Assembly (NCBI GenBank): GCA_021790335.1
Contig: JAJYEE010000012.1
Span: 299 to 64,298, forward strand
Length of the DNA: 64,000 nucleotides
Direction: 5' to 3'
Source of the DNA: Pseudomonadota bacterium
Lineage (GTDB): Bacteria; Pseudomonadota; Gammaproteobacteria; Acidiferrobacterales; UBA6901
Below the pieces are notes generated by a model that saw only the letters and a list, made by a program, of their open reading frames with translations, was not told the origin of the DNA and did no database searches. Every line of letters starts with the position of its first letter. Within the stretch, counting starts at the first letter, position 1. This document shows, one piece after another, positions 18,359 to 28,352 of the stretch. The position numbers and the translations under genes are program-made.

Positions 18359-18491
18359 TGTGCTAATGGGGAGGCATTGCACGAATTTGGCAGCATTAAG
18401 CCAATGGAGGTCTTCGATGAGATTTCCGCAGGTTATAAAGTATGTAGTCACTTACTATCACAAAATTACAGTCTGGGCAAAGGCTGGCAAG

Positions 18492-19190
18492 ATGGCACTT
18501 TGTCTTGGGTTGATCGCGCTGGCCATTTCGGCCGCCCCGGTTTGCGCTGCCGACGCGCCTCTTGGAGGCGCAACCATCCGTTTGCCGATGTTCAATCAGG
18601 GCTCCGGGTATGGGGAGCGTCTGTATCAGCAGGGGTTGATGCAATTCAATCAAGGTCATCACGACCAGGCAGCGCAATTGTGGCGGTTGCTGGCGGAAGA
18701 TGGAAATCGTGATGCCCAGTTCGCACTTGGCGAGCTGTACGCAAGCGGCGATGTTCAGGCGGGCATAGACCGAAACCTGGCCACGGCCGCCAAATGGTAC
18801 CGGCGCGCAGCGAAACAGGGGCATGCCAGCGCACAGTATAATCTCGGGGTGTTTTATGCCAGCGGCGTCGGTGTGCCGCACGACTTGCGCGAAGCGGCAC
18901 GGTGGTGGCGGCTCGCCGCACTTCAGGGCCATATCCAGGCGCAATTCAACCTCGGTCTGCTCTATGCCCAGGGAACGGGTGTCGAGCCGAACCCGGCGGA
19001 GGCGGTACGGTGGTGGGGCATGGCCGCAGAACATGGTTACGCGCCCGCCCAATTCAATCTGGGGCTCATGTACATCATGGGAGAAGGCGTGAAGGAAAGC
19101 CGCACCCAGGCGCTGCGGCTCTGGCAGTTGTCTGCCAAGCAGGGCTTCGGCCAGGCCATTCATGCCCTGAGAGTCCTGAAACCGCGTTGA
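18492..19190 (+). CDS. Sel1-repeat (TPR-like) secreted protein
   Basis: Signal peptide MALCLGLIALAISAAPVCAA. About 5 tandem repeats of A..WYRRAA.QGH..AQ.NLG..Y..G.GV. Confidence 0.85.
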   Translation: MALCLGLIALAISAAPVCAADAPLGGATIRLPMFNQGSGYGERLYQQGLMQFNQGHHDQAAQLWRLLAEDGNRDAQFALGELYASGDVQAGIDRNLATAAKWYRRAAKQGHASAQYNLGVFYASGVGVPHDLREAARWWRLAALQGHIQAQFNLGLLYAQGTGVEPNPAEAVRWWGMAAEHGYAPAQFNLGLMYIMGEGVKESRTQALRLWQLSAKQGFGQAIHALRVLKPR

Positions 19191-19292
19191 TAATGCTTTA
19201 ATTAGCTCTAAATTCGGGCAAAAAAATCATTAAAACACAAGCCCTTACATAGTCCCTTCCGGGTATCAGCCCTGCCTTTTCCAAACTGTTGC

Positions 19293-19322
19293 GCGAACGC
19301 GGCGTTCGCTGCACCTTTTTCC
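19293..19322 (+). terminator. terminator after the Sel1 gene
   Basis: GCGAACG-cgg-CGTTCGC followed by TGCACCTTTTTCC. Confidence 0.55.
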
Positions 19323-19371
19323 ATGTTGCGGTCCAGCGCAGTTCGCAGCAAAATGGGTCGCGCTACACTAG

Positions 19372-19407
19372 GCGCAAGTTTAGGATGCCTTGCGCGAGCG
19401 TTATAAA
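19372..19407 (+). promoter_or_regulatory. inverted repeat overlapping a -10-like box upstream of the 352-aa secreted protein gene
   Basis: GCGCAAG-N10-CTTGCGC (19372-19395), then TATAAA (19402-19407), 39 nt before the ATG at 19446. Confidence 0.3.
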
Positions 19408-19445
19408 TCTTTCCACTTGGAAAACTTTAAAGAGAGGAGAAGGAC

Positions 19446-20504
19446 ATGACAATAAAATCTATTACACGAAGCGGCGTAGTGCTCGGTCTTGCACTCGCCA
19501 TCATGGGGTGGTGTGCGAACGCCCTGGCGTCGCAGAAATACGGGATCTTTGAGCGCATACTCGATGCCTCGGGAAGCTTTGCCCAGACTAATCAGGCGCT
19601 GGAAAAGAGCATAGCGGCATCGCACTTGGTGCTGCATGCGACGGACAATATCGCGGTACCCCATAACATCCAGCAGGCGCGGGTTTATATCCTGACCTCG
19701 CCGACGTACGAAAACGCCGCGAAGGACATGCCACCTAATACGATTTCCGCCCAGATTTTGCGGATTGCTGTCTACACCTACGGCCCCGGAAAGAAAACCC
19801 AGATCGACATGGCTAATCCTGTTGCTTTGGCCATGGTGTATTACGCCAAGTCGAAGGAGTATCCGCAGATGATCGCGGCGGCGAAAGCCGTGTCCCAGGA
19901 GATCAAGGGCGTGGTGGCCAAGGTGCCGGGAGCGCCAGTTTCGGTCCAGCTCGCTCCGCGGCGTTCTGAAAGCGACCTCAACAGCTTCGACGGTGACGGC
20001 CCGGCCAAGATGATGGCCGGCTGGGACAACTGGCGTGAGAGCCAGGATACCGTCTTCAAGACCAAACCGGAAAAGTTCGCGGCTACGGTTGCCAGGGTTT
20101 CCGCCGCGTTGCGGGCCAGCTCCAAAGGTGCGGATAATGTGGATAATTCGTCGGCGTGGCGCGTTGTGGCAGAGATTCCCGTTGGGCCCAACGCCGTTTG
20201 GTTCGGCATCGATAATGCCTATACCCAGAACAAATGCATCCGGATCAACTCACAGTTCCGCAGCCGCGGCAAAACCAAGGATGCACCCTTCCCTGGCGTA
20301 GACCATGCACCGGCGCTGCCGCTTGAAGTCTTGGTGATCAATAACGGGGACCACGTGCAGGTGGCGCAGTACGGCGAGATGTGGCGCATGCAGCTGTACT
20401 TCTGGGATTCCGGATATCTGGCATTTGCAGCAAACACGCTGATACCCAGCACCATCTATGGTTCGATCAAGCACGCACTGACTGCGACCGTCGCGAGCAA
20501 ATAA
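19446..20504 (+). CDS. secreted hypothetical protein (352 aa), N-terminal half DUF302-like
   Basis: GAGGAGAAGGAC lies before the ATG. Signal peptide ...GWCANALA|SQ. VYILTSPTYENAA...AQILRIAVYTY resembles the DUF302 pattern (tentative). Strong terminator downstream. Confidence 0.75.
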   Translation: MTIKSITRSGVVLGLALAIMGWCANALASQKYGIFERILDASGSFAQTNQALEKSIAASHLVLHATDNIAVPHNIQQARVYILTSPTYENAAKDMPPNTISAQILRIAVYTYGPGKKTQIDMANPVALAMVYYAKSKEYPQMIAAAKAVSQEIKGVVAKVPGAPVSVQLAPRRSESDLNSFDGDGPAKMMAGWDNWRESQDTVFKTKPEKFAATVARVSAALRASSKGADNVDNSSAWRVVAEIPVGPNAVWFGIDNAYTQNKCIRINSQFRSRGKTKDAPFPGVDHAPALPLEVLVINNGDHVQVAQYGEMWRMQLYFWDSGYLAFAANTLIPSTIYGSIKHALTATVASK

Positions 20505-20514
20505 CGCGAACTGA

Positions 20515-22521
20515 TCAGGGTACGGTGATACGTGGGCCGGAGATCTGCTCCGGCCCTTTTTTTTGGCCGTCGGGCACGCTGTCTTCCATGCCGGAGATTG
20601 CCGGGTCGATCTTCCCGAGCATTGTCTGGGTTATGCACAGCTGCTTTTGCAAGGCCTTGCGTGCGGCCTCCAGCTCGGCGATTCGTTCGCCGAGATTTTC
20701 GAGGTTGTCACGTATCTTGTTGAGGTTCTGAAAACGCTGTTCCATCTGCATCCTGTGTTCCCGGATGCGTGTCATCAGTGGTGTCATGATGGCTTTGCCC
20801 CAGGCTTTTGCGCCCCCGTTGCACTGCTCAAAGATGCCCCGCGCACGACTGACAAGCGTGATGAAGAATTTCTTGATTACGAAGTGCTGCTCGGTCATCA
20901 ACATGGCAGGGCTGCTTCGGAGCGCTTCGGCTTCGTCCTGAAGCCTTTGCAGCTCACTACGGTATGCCAGAAGCGAGAATCCGACTGGCTTCAGCCGTGT
21001 AATGCCCTGGTCAGCATCCAGCTTTCTGTATATCGCCTCCACCAGGCCTTTGATCTGATGAACCTGCTTGTTGACCTTTTCCATCGATTCGGCAGTGCCA
21101 CCAAAGAAGCCGGCCATCCCGACCTTGATGCCATGCGTTGTCCAGCTGTCTTGCATTTCGCGGCGTGTGCGGGCGATAAGCCGGTCAAAGTTCTCCATAC
21201 TGAGGTATTCCAGCAGAATATGGATCTGGTCTGACAGGACGGCACGCACCGATTGGAAGTTTTCAAGCTTGCTGTCGTATGCCTCTTTTTCGGTCTTTAG
21301 TCGCGTCACCAGCATCTGAATGACGTCGCGACTCTTTCCGCCGAGACCCCTGAGTTCGTTTAGCTGGCTATCGGTGTCGGCCAGGCGTGCAGCAATGAGC
21401 GCTTCGGTGTTGCGGACCATGTCGCCGATCTCGCGCGCAACCTTCTCGCGCAGGTAGGTTTCCCTGGAAGGAACGAGATCCTCGGCGAGATTGGCCTCCA
21501 GTGCCAGCAGACCGCTTCGCTCAATCAGGGCGTGGTCGGTCTTAATCTTGGCGAGCAGGCCTTTTTGCGCTGATACCGGGAACACCCGGCTTCTGCTGAT
21601 ACCCAGAGCGCGGGCGGTTTCCACTGCCTGGCGCGATATGATGTCCGCAACCGCATCCTCACCGCGCAACTCGTCCCACAGAATGTCAATCTTGTTGAGC
21701 ACCGCAAAACATCCGTTTTTGTCTGCCCCTCTGACAGCACACACATGGTTGTTCCACAGGGCTAGGTCCGATTTTGTGACGCCGGCGTCCGCCGCCACGA
21801 CGAACATCACCGCCTGCGCATTCGGCAGCATGCTGAGGGTCAGTTCCGGTTCATTTCCTATCGAGTTGAGCCCGGGTGTGTCGAGGATGACCAGGCCCTG
21901 CTTGAGCAATGGGTGCGGATAATTCACGATGGCATGGCGCCATACCGGAATCTCCACCTTTCCGTCGGTACCTGCCTGTGTCGACTTGCTATCGTCCTGG
22001 GGACGGCAGAAGCCCAGTTCACGCGCTTCGGAAAGGCTCACGGCCTTGGTTTTCATGATTTCCCGGAATGTCTCAGCCATTTTTCTCGGGGAATTGAGAT
22101 CCAGGGGCAGTGTCGTCCACTGGATTGGTGTGCGCTTCAATTCGGCGATGGTAAGTGAGGAACCGCGCGTCTCTATGGGCAGAAGCCTGAGGCCAGAAGG
22201 CATACGCTTGTCGTACAAGAGTTCTGTCGGGCACATGGTTGTGCGGCCAGCATCCGACGGAAGCAGCTGGCGCTTGCTGTCCGCGAAAAATATGGCATTG
22301 ATGAGTGCGGTTTTGCCCCGCGAAAGCTCTGCCACCATTGCCACGGTGAGTTTGTCCGACTTGAGGCTGTCAATTAGCTCATAAATCCGCAAGTCGTCCT
22401 CGCCGCTGCCCAGCCCCTGCTGCTCCGCCCAAATCTGGTATTCACCGATTGACGCGATCAGATCGTCGCGCCACTTTCGGTAGTGTGAAAGGTGTCTGGA
22501 AAGGGTATTGGTCACAGCCAT
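20515..22521 (-). CDS. bacterial dynamin-like GTPase (CrfC/YjdA-like)
   Basis: P-loop AELSRGKTALINAIF, then GRTTMCPTEL, G3 ILDTPGLNS, and a long helical stalk. Start set to MAVTNT (ATG 22521, GGAGGAGA upstream). An alternative ATG lies at 22629. Confidence 0.85.
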   Translation of the reverse strand: MAVTNTLSRHLSHYRKWRDDLIASIGEYQIWAEQQGLGSGEDDLRIYELIDSLKSDKLTVAMVAELSRGKTALINAIFFADSKRQLLPSDAGRTTMCPTELLYDKRMPSGLRLLPIETRGSSLTIAELKRTPIQWTTLPLDLNSPRKMAETFREIMKTKAVSLSEARELGFCRPQDDSKSTQAGTDGKVEIPVWRHAIVNYPHPLLKQGLVILDTPGLNSIGNEPELTLSMLPNAQAVMFVVAADAGVTKSDLALWNNHVCAVRGADKNGCFAVLNKIDILWDELRGEDAVADIISRQAVETARALGISRSRVFPVSAQKGLLAKIKTDHALIERSGLLALEANLAEDLVPSRETYLREKVAREIGDMVRNTEALIAARLADTDSQLNELRGLGGKSRDVIQMLVTRLKTEKEAYDSKLENFQSVRAVLSDQIHILLEYLSMENFDRLIARTRREMQDSWTTHGIKVGMAGFFGGTAESMEKVNKQVHQIKGLVEAIYRKLDADQGITRLKPVGFSLLAYRSELQRLQDEAEALRSSPAMLMTEQHFVIKKFFITLVSRARGIFEQCNGGAKAWGKAIMTPLMTRIREHRMQMEQRFQNLNKIRDNLENLGERIAELEAARKALQKQLCITQTMLGKIDPAISGMEDSVPDGQKKGPEQISGPRITVP
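20534..20564 (+). terminator. rho-independent terminator of the 352-aa gene
   Basis: GGGCCGGAG-atctg-CTCCGGCCC followed by TTTTTTTT. Lies inside the last codons of the convergent dynamin-like ORF. Confidence 0.85.
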
Positions 22522-22669
22522 GGAATGAACCGTCTCCTCCCGATCCGGCTGCTCCGCAGCGTGGATTGGCGGATTCCCTCGAAGCGCCCAGCTGCCACCG
22601 TCCAAATGCGTGCGCGCAGTGGCCTGCATGCCGCCGCTGTCCGATGGGGCTGAGTAGCGGTTCGGGCCT

Positions 22670-22978
22670 TCACTTCGCGCCGACGGGGCCGAGTTCCGGT
22701 GGCAGCCGCACCGGCGACAGAATGCGGGCAAGTTTGATTTTGGCGCTGTGCCCCCGCACCAGCATGACGCGGTTTTTGGCAACTCCGAAACATTCGGCCA
22801 GAAAGGCAATCAGCTGCGCATTCGCGAGGCCGTCGACCGGTGCGGCGCTGATGCGCACCTTGACGCAGTCGCCCTGGGTTCCGAGCATCTCGTTGCGACG
22901 CGCCCGCGGCTGTACCCGCAACCTCAAGAGCAGGTCCGGTCCATCCCAGCTTGCCGCCACGGCTAGGCGTTCAGCCAT
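22670..22978 (-). CDS. yggU: YggU (DUF167/UPF0235) family protein
   Basis: LRLRVQPRARRNEM...VKVRISAAPVDGLANAQLIAFLAECFGVAKNRVMLVRGHSAKIK is characteristic of DUF167. Internal ATG at 22978. Confidence 0.8.
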   Translation of the reverse strand: MAERLAVAASWDGPDLLLRLRVQPRARRNEMLGTQGDCVKVRISAAPVDGLANAQLIAFLAECFGVAKNRVMLVRGHSAKIKLARILSPVRLPPELGPVGAK

Positions 22979-23565
22979 GCAGACGCCGACCCAAACGCCA
23001 ATTGCACGATGCTCAGGGCCAGATGATCGACGAACATCACCGCAAGCTCCAGCAGAATAAGTACCACAACCGGAGACAGATCGAGTCCGCCGATGGGCGG
23101 GATGATGCGCCGTGCCGGACGCAGCAGCGGTTCCGTCAGGCTTATAAGCAAGTGCATGACAGGACTGCGCGGGTAGGGTGCGACCCAGCTGAGAATTGCC
23201 CGGGCCAGTATCGTGAACAGAAAAACGTAAAGCGTGAGATCCACGATCTGAGACAGCGACAGCACCGCCAGCATCAGTGCCGTGACCCGGTAGCCGCGCA
23301 GCAGGGAGATGAGATACTGTTCGATGGCCGCGAGCGCAACTAACAGCACGACCGATGCCCAGTCGATGCCCCACAAGCCGGGAATCAGCCGCCGCAGCGG
23401 GAGCAGCGGCGGATTCGTGACCGCAACCAGGAACTGCGCCAGTGGATTGTAGAAGTCGGCGCGCACTCTTTGCAGCAGAAACCTCACCAATACGGCAAGG
23501 ATGTACATTCCGAACAGGGTATTTACGATCAGCATCCCCGCTTGTGAAAAAAAGCCACCCATCAT
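22963..23565 (-). CDS. yggT: YggT-family integral membrane protein
   Basis: Two YGGT repeats (RFLLQRVRADFYNPLAQFL...; ILSWV...P...L...TEPLLRPARRIIPPIGGLDLSP). Confidence 0.85.
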   Translation of the reverse strand: MMGGFFSQAGMLIVNTLFGMYILAVLVRFLLQRVRADFYNPLAQFLVAVTNPPLLPLRRLIPGLWGIDWASVVLLVALAAIEQYLISLLRGYRVTALMLAVLSLSQIVDLTLYVFLFTILARAILSWVAPYPRSPVMHLLISLTEPLLRPARRIIPPIGGLDLSPVVVLILLELAVMFVDHLALSIVQLAFGSASAWLNA

Positions 23566-24389
23566 TGTTTTCCCAGGATTTCAGCCAGTTCGCGCGCCCG
23601 CTCGACCGCGGCAGTCACGGCATCATTGAACAGACGTCCAATATGCCCTTCTTCCAGGACCTGAACCGCGCGCTCAGTGGTGCCACCCGGCGAGGTGACA
23701 CGGCGACGCAATTGGGCCGGTTCTTCGCCTCCCTCAAGCGCCATCTTGGCGGCGCCATAGGCTGTTTCAAGGGTCAGAAGCCGTGCGGTTGCCGCGTCAA
23801 GCCCGTGCTTCAGCGCCGCCCGCTCCAGCTCTTCCATCACAAGGAAAAAATACGCCGGTCCGCTGCCGGAAACGGCGGTAACGACGTCCATCAGGTTTTC
23901 GGCTTCAAGCCACACGGTTACCCCGACTGCACGCAGGATTGATTCAGCCTCGTCGCGCTGCGACTGGGTGGCAAATTCGTTGGCAAAAAGACCGGCGGCA
24001 CCCGAGCCGATGAGCGCCGCGGTATTGGGCATCACCCGTACGATCGCTAGCCCCCCACCGAGCCAGCGCTGAAGATCGTCAACCCGTACCCCCGCGGCTA
24101 TGGAAACGACAAGGGGTCTGGTCTTCTGCGTGCTGGCCGCGATTCCGGCTGCTACGTCCCTGAGCAGCTGCGGCTTGATTGCCAGAACGATTACATCCGC
24201 GCGGCTGGCGACTTCGTCATTGTCCTCGTAGGTGACAAGGCCCAGCGTCTCAGTTACCGCCTTCCGCTGCTGCGGGTCCAAATCCGACAGAATCAGGTCC
24301 TGTTTCCGCCAGCCGTTGGCAACCAGCCCGCCCGCAAGGCTGCGTGCCATGTTGCCGGCACCGATAATTCCGATTACATGATGGTTCAT
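23562..24389 (-). CDS. proC: pyrroline-5-carboxylate reductase
   Basis: IGIIGAGNMARSL Rossmann motif and C-terminal SPGGTTE motif. Internal ATG at 24389. Confidence 0.95.
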   Translation of the reverse strand: MNHHVIGIIGAGNMARSLAGGLVANGWRKQDLILSDLDPQQRKAVTETLGLVTYEDNDEVASRADVIVLAIKPQLLRDVAAGIAASTQKTRPLVVSIAAGVRVDDLQRWLGGGLAIVRVMPNTAALIGSGAAGLFANEFATQSQRDEAESILRAVGVTVWLEAENLMDVVTAVSGSGPAYFFLVMEELERAALKHGLDAATARLLTLETAYGAAKMALEGGEEPAQLRRRVTSPGGTTERAVQVLEEGHIGRLFNDAVTAAVERARELAEILGKQ

Positions 24390-24684
24390 GGCTATCCGAA
24401 ACGTCGCCTCCCCAGCTTTCCCAGTGTAGAACGACATGAGGGCCGAGCGAAAGCCCATAATTCGATGTTTGCGCAGCGCAGTCGCCCCCACGCCGCCCGG
24501 GTGGAACCCGGCGTAACCTGGCCGGTCCTGGGCCGCCCATGGCTGGGCAGATTTGGGCCGCAGCGGTGACGACAGACCGATAGATGGGCAGCACAAAGCT
24601 GCGGGCAGCCTTGTTTGTGGGCCTGTGCCCGTTATACTAAAAAAGACTCCACTTACCGAATACTCCGCCGACAGGAGATGATGC

Positions 24685-25767
24685 ATGGACATCGCCGAAT
24701 TACTGGCGTTTGCCTACAAGCAGAACGCCTCGGACCTGCATTTATCCGCAGGCCTGCCACCCCTTATACGCATTGATGGCGACGTCAAGCGCATAAACGT
24801 GGACCCGCTGGACGATCGCACCGTCCACAACATGGTCTACGATATCATGACGGACAAGCAGCAGAAGGATTACGAGGAATTCCTGGAAACCGATTTCTCG
24901 TTCGAACTGCCCAACATCTCGCGATTCCGTGTCAATGCGTTCAATCAGCAACGTGGTCCGGGTGCCGTATTTCGTACCATTCCGTCCAAGGTTCTGACGC
25001 TGGAGCAACTGGGTGCTCCTCCCACCTTCAAGGACATTTGCGACCAGCCGCGCGGCATCGTTCTGGTGACCGGCCCGACAGGATCCGGAAAATCCACGAC
25101 GCTGGCGGCGATGATCAACTACATCAACGACAGCCGCCATGAGCACATCCTCACCATCGAGGATCCGATCGAGTTTGTGCACACAAGCAAGAACTGTCTG
25201 ATCAACCAGCGCGAGGTCGGGCGCGATACTCTTGGTTTCAACAATGCGTTGCGGTCGGCGCTGCGCGAGGACCCGGATGTGGTTCTGGTCGGAGAACTTC
25301 GCGACCTCGAAACCATACGCCTTGCCCTGACAGCCGCCGAGACCGGGCATCTGGTATTCGGCACATTGCATACCAGCTCGGCTGCCAAGACCGTGGATCG
25401 AATCGTCGACGTCTTTCCGGCAGCAGAAAAAGACATGGTTCGTGCCATGCTCTCCGAGAGTCTGCGCGCGGTCATAGCGCAAAGCCTGCTGAAGAAGCTG
25501 AGCGGTGGTCGCATTGCGGCTCACGAGGTAATGATCGGCACGCCAGCTATCCGTAATCTGATCCGGGAAAACAAGATCGCGCAGATGTATTCTGCCATGC
25601 AGACCAGTCAGGCGCTGGGTATGCAGACGCTGGATCAGTGTCTCATGGAAATGGTTCGCAACCGCATGGTGAGCCTCGAAGAAGCCCGTTCGTACGCGGC
25701 GAACAAGGACAATTTCGGGGGCGCCTCGGCAGGCGGTAACAGCGCGGTCACCGGAGGTAAACGATAG
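24685..25767 (+). CDS. pilT: type IV pilus retraction ATPase PilT
   Basis: Walker A GPTGSGKST, Asp/His boxes, and the PilT-specific AIRNLIRE motif. Confidence 0.95.
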   Translation: MDIAELLAFAYKQNASDLHLSAGLPPLIRIDGDVKRINVDPLDDRTVHNMVYDIMTDKQQKDYEEFLETDFSFELPNISRFRVNAFNQQRGPGAVFRTIPSKVLTLEQLGAPPTFKDICDQPRGIVLVTGPTGSGKSTTLAAMINYINDSRHEHILTIEDPIEFVHTSKNCLINQREVGRDTLGFNNALRSALREDPDVVLVGELRDLETIRLALTAAETGHLVFGTLHTSSAAKTVDRIVDVFPAAEKDMVRAMLSESLRAVIAQSLLKKLSGGRIAAHEVMIGTPAIRNLIRENKIAQMYSAMQTSQALGMQTLDQCLMEMVRNRMVSLEEARSYAANKDNFGGASAGGNSAVTGGKR

Positions 25768-26880
25768 ATGATCTTTAGCGACCTCCTGAAACTCATGGTC
25801 CACAAGAAGGCGTCGGACCTGTTCATTACCGCTGGCGTTCCCCCGTCGGTGAAGATCGACGGGAAAGTCACCCCTGTTACGAAACAGGCGTTGACGCCGG
25901 AGCAGGCGCGCGCCTTCACCTATGGGGTCATGACCGAAGAGCAGCGCCGCCAGTTCGAGTCGACCAGCGAATGCAATTTTTCGATCAACCCGAAGGAAAT
26001 CGGACGATTTCGCGTCAACGTGTTCTTGCAGCAGAGTTGCGTCGGCATGGTGCTGCGGACCATCGAGAGTAAGATACCTCGCTTCGACGAGCTAAACCTG
26101 CCAAAGGTGCTCGCCGACATCGCGCTCACCAAGCGTGGTCTGGTGATCTTCGTGGGCGCGACAGGGTCCGGAAAAACGACGTCGCTCGCGGCCATGATCG
26201 GCTATCGCAATGAATACAGCTACGGCCACATCATAACCATTGAGGATCCGATCGAGTTCGTGCATGAGCCCCGCAATTGCATCATTACGCAGCGCGAAGT
26301 GGGTGTAGATACCGAATCTTTCGACGCCGCACTCAAAAACACCCTGCGTCAGGCGCCCGACGTGATACTGATCGGTGAGATCCGCTCGCGCGAGACCATG
26401 GACTACGCCATAGTTTTTGCCGAGACCGGGCACCTTTGCTTGGCGACGCTGCATGCCAACAGCGCGAACCAGGCGCTCGATCGTATCATCAACTTCTTTC
26501 CCGAAGACCGGCGTGACCAGCTTCTGATGGACCTGTCGCTAAATCTCAAGGCGGTAGTCTCGCAGCGCCTCATCCCCATGAAGGCGGGGAAAGGACGCGT
26601 TCCGGCAGTTGAGGTCATGATCAATTCGCCACTTATTTCGGACCTGATGCTGAAGGGCGAGATCCATGGCATCAAGGAGCTTATGGCGCGGTCGACCGAA
26701 ACCGGGATGCAGACTTTCGATCAATCGCTGTTCAATCTTTACGAAAGCGGTCTTATCACCTATGACGACGCCCTCCGTAACGCCGACTCGGTCAACGATC
26801 TGCGGCTGCGCATAAAGCTTGAGGGCAAAGACGCCAAGGGCCAGGAGCTGGGAGACTCCATGCGCAATGTGACCTACTGA
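25768..26880 (+). CDS. pilU: type IV pilus ATPase PilU
   Basis: PilT paralog (GATGSGKTT) lacking AIRNLIRE (it has LISDLMLKGE). Starts immediately after the pilT stop. Confidence 0.9.
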   Translation: MIFSDLLKLMVHKKASDLFITAGVPPSVKIDGKVTPVTKQALTPEQARAFTYGVMTEEQRRQFESTSECNFSINPKEIGRFRVNVFLQQSCVGMVLRTIESKIPRFDELNLPKVLADIALTKRGLVIFVGATGSGKTTSLAAMIGYRNEYSYGHIITIEDPIEFVHEPRNCIITQREVGVDTESFDAALKNTLRQAPDVILIGEIRSRETMDYAIVFAETGHLCLATLHANSANQALDRIINFFPEDRRDQLLMDLSLNLKAVVSQRLIPMKAGKGRVPAVEVMINSPLISDLMLKGEIHGIKELMARSTETGMQTFDQSLFNLYESGLITYDDALRNADSVNDLRLRIKLEGKDAKGQELGDSMRNVTY

Positions 26881-27071
26881 GAACGGGGCGCGGCACGTGT
26901 GAGCCGGTGTGCCTGGAGTGGTTGCCGGCCTGTTTCTGGGGTGGAAGACGGGCAGTTCGAGAAGTCCGTCCGGCACGGCACCGCTGGCGGCGGACGGTAG
27001 CCGCTGACAAATCGCGGCGTTAAAACCGGAACCCGCCCTTCCGAATCAGATCGCGGTACCGGAACAGGGCG

Positions 27072-28352
27072 TCATCGGCCTTCAAAAACGAGCTTGCCGC
27101 CGACCATGGTATGGGTCACCGCGCCGCGGAAATCCCAGCCCAGAAAGGGGCTGTTGTGCCCGCGGCTCGTGAACCGGTCGAGCGACTGGATCCACCGGGC
27201 CTCCGGGTCCAGAATGCACAGGTCCGCCGTGGCACCAATCCCAAGATGGCCCGCGTCAATGCCCAGAATCTGGGCAGGCTTGCTTGTGAGCAGGGCAATT
27301 GCCTCGACAAGATTCAGCAGACCCTGATCCACCAGCTTGAGGGTGAGCGGCAGCAGTGTCTCCAGGCCGGAAATGCCGGGTTCCGACTCGGCAAAAGGTG
27401 CTAGCTTGGCATCCGGCTCATGCGGCTGATGATCCGAGCAGATAGCCGATATGGTTCCGGTCTTCAATGCCTGCCTCAGCCCGTCCCGGTCCCGGCTTGC
27501 GCGCAGTGGCGGAAGCACATGGCACTGTGTATTGAAGAATCCGATATCATGTTCAGTCAGATGGAGATGGTGGGCGGTTACGTCAGCGCTGACTGCCAAA
27601 CCCTGTTCCTGGGCCGCCGCGACCATCGCAACCGCACGGGCGCTGGACAGTTGGCAGAAGTGGGCACGCACTCCGGTCTGTTCGACCAGGGTCAGGTCGC
27701 GCGCCACCCCAGCAGTTTCTGCCGCCTCGGGTATGCCGGGCAGGCCTAGGCGCGTGCTCACCTCTCCCTCATGCATGCAACCGCTATTGCGCAACCACGG
27801 ATCCTCCGGATGCAGGAACACCGTCAGGTCGAAGCTGGCGGCATACTCCATGGCACGTCGCATGACGAGGGTGTCCGTGACGGGCTCGAGTGCGTTGCTG
27901 AAGCCCACGCATCCGGCTTCGTCGAGCGCCGCCATGTCGGTGAGAAGCTTGCCCTGCAGCCCCTGCGTGAGGGCGCCGAGCGGATGCACGAATGCGAGGC
28001 CGAAACGCCAGGCACGCTGCTGGATCATCTGGGCCATGGCCGGAGTATCGATTACCGGATAGGTATCGGGTGGGCAGCACAAGGTAGTGATGCCGGCGCA
28101 CACCGCAGCGCGTGTCTCGCTCTCTATCGTAGCCTTGTACTCAAGGCCAGGCTCCCGCAGACGCGCGCGCAAATCGATGAGGCCCGGAAATACCAGCTTG
28201 CCGCCGGCGTCCAGAGTTTGCTCGGCCCGAAATCCGGTGGGAGCGGCACCAACGCCTATGATAAAGCCCTTTTCGTCGATAAAAAGATCGTACTGCCCAT
28301 CGACGTTGTTGGCAGGGTCGATGACATGCCCGCCTGTGATTGCGATTTTCAT
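27072..28352 (-). CDS. pyrC': dihydroorotase-like non-catalytic ATCase subunit (PyrC')
   Basis: DHOase fold, but the metal-binding DxHxH is replaced by D-L-R-A-R ([12 protein letters not shown]). Overlaps pyrB by 4 nt. Confidence 0.85.
   Translation of the reverse strand: MKIAITGGHVIDPANNVDGQYDLFIDEKGFIIGVGAAPTGFRAEQTLDAGGKLVFPGLIDLRARLREPGLEYKATIESETRAAVCAGITTLCCPPDTYPVIDTPAMAQMIQQRAWRFGLAFVHPLGALTQGLQGKLLTDMAALDEAGCVGFSNALEPVTDTLVMRRAMEYAASFDLTVFLHPEDPWLRNSGCMHEGEVSTRLGLPGIPEAAETAGVARDLTLVEQTGVRAHFCQLSSARAVAMVAAAQEQGLAVSADVTAHHLHLTEHDIGFFNTQCHVLPPLRASRDRDGLRQALKTGTISAICSDHQPHEPDAKLAPFAESEPGISGLETLLPLTLKLVDQGLLNLVEAIALLTSKPAQILGIDAGHLGIGATADLCILDPEARWIQSLDRFTSRGHNSPFLGWDFRGAVTHTMVGGKLVFEGR

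Noticed and set aside
18020-18451. 143-aa minus-strand ORF upstream of ampG.
   Set aside because: Its 3' end reads straight through a perfect + strand terminator hairpin. Its 5' half overlaps the Sel1 promoter region and looks non-protein-like. It is reported as a possible decayed gene under findings rather than as a CDS.
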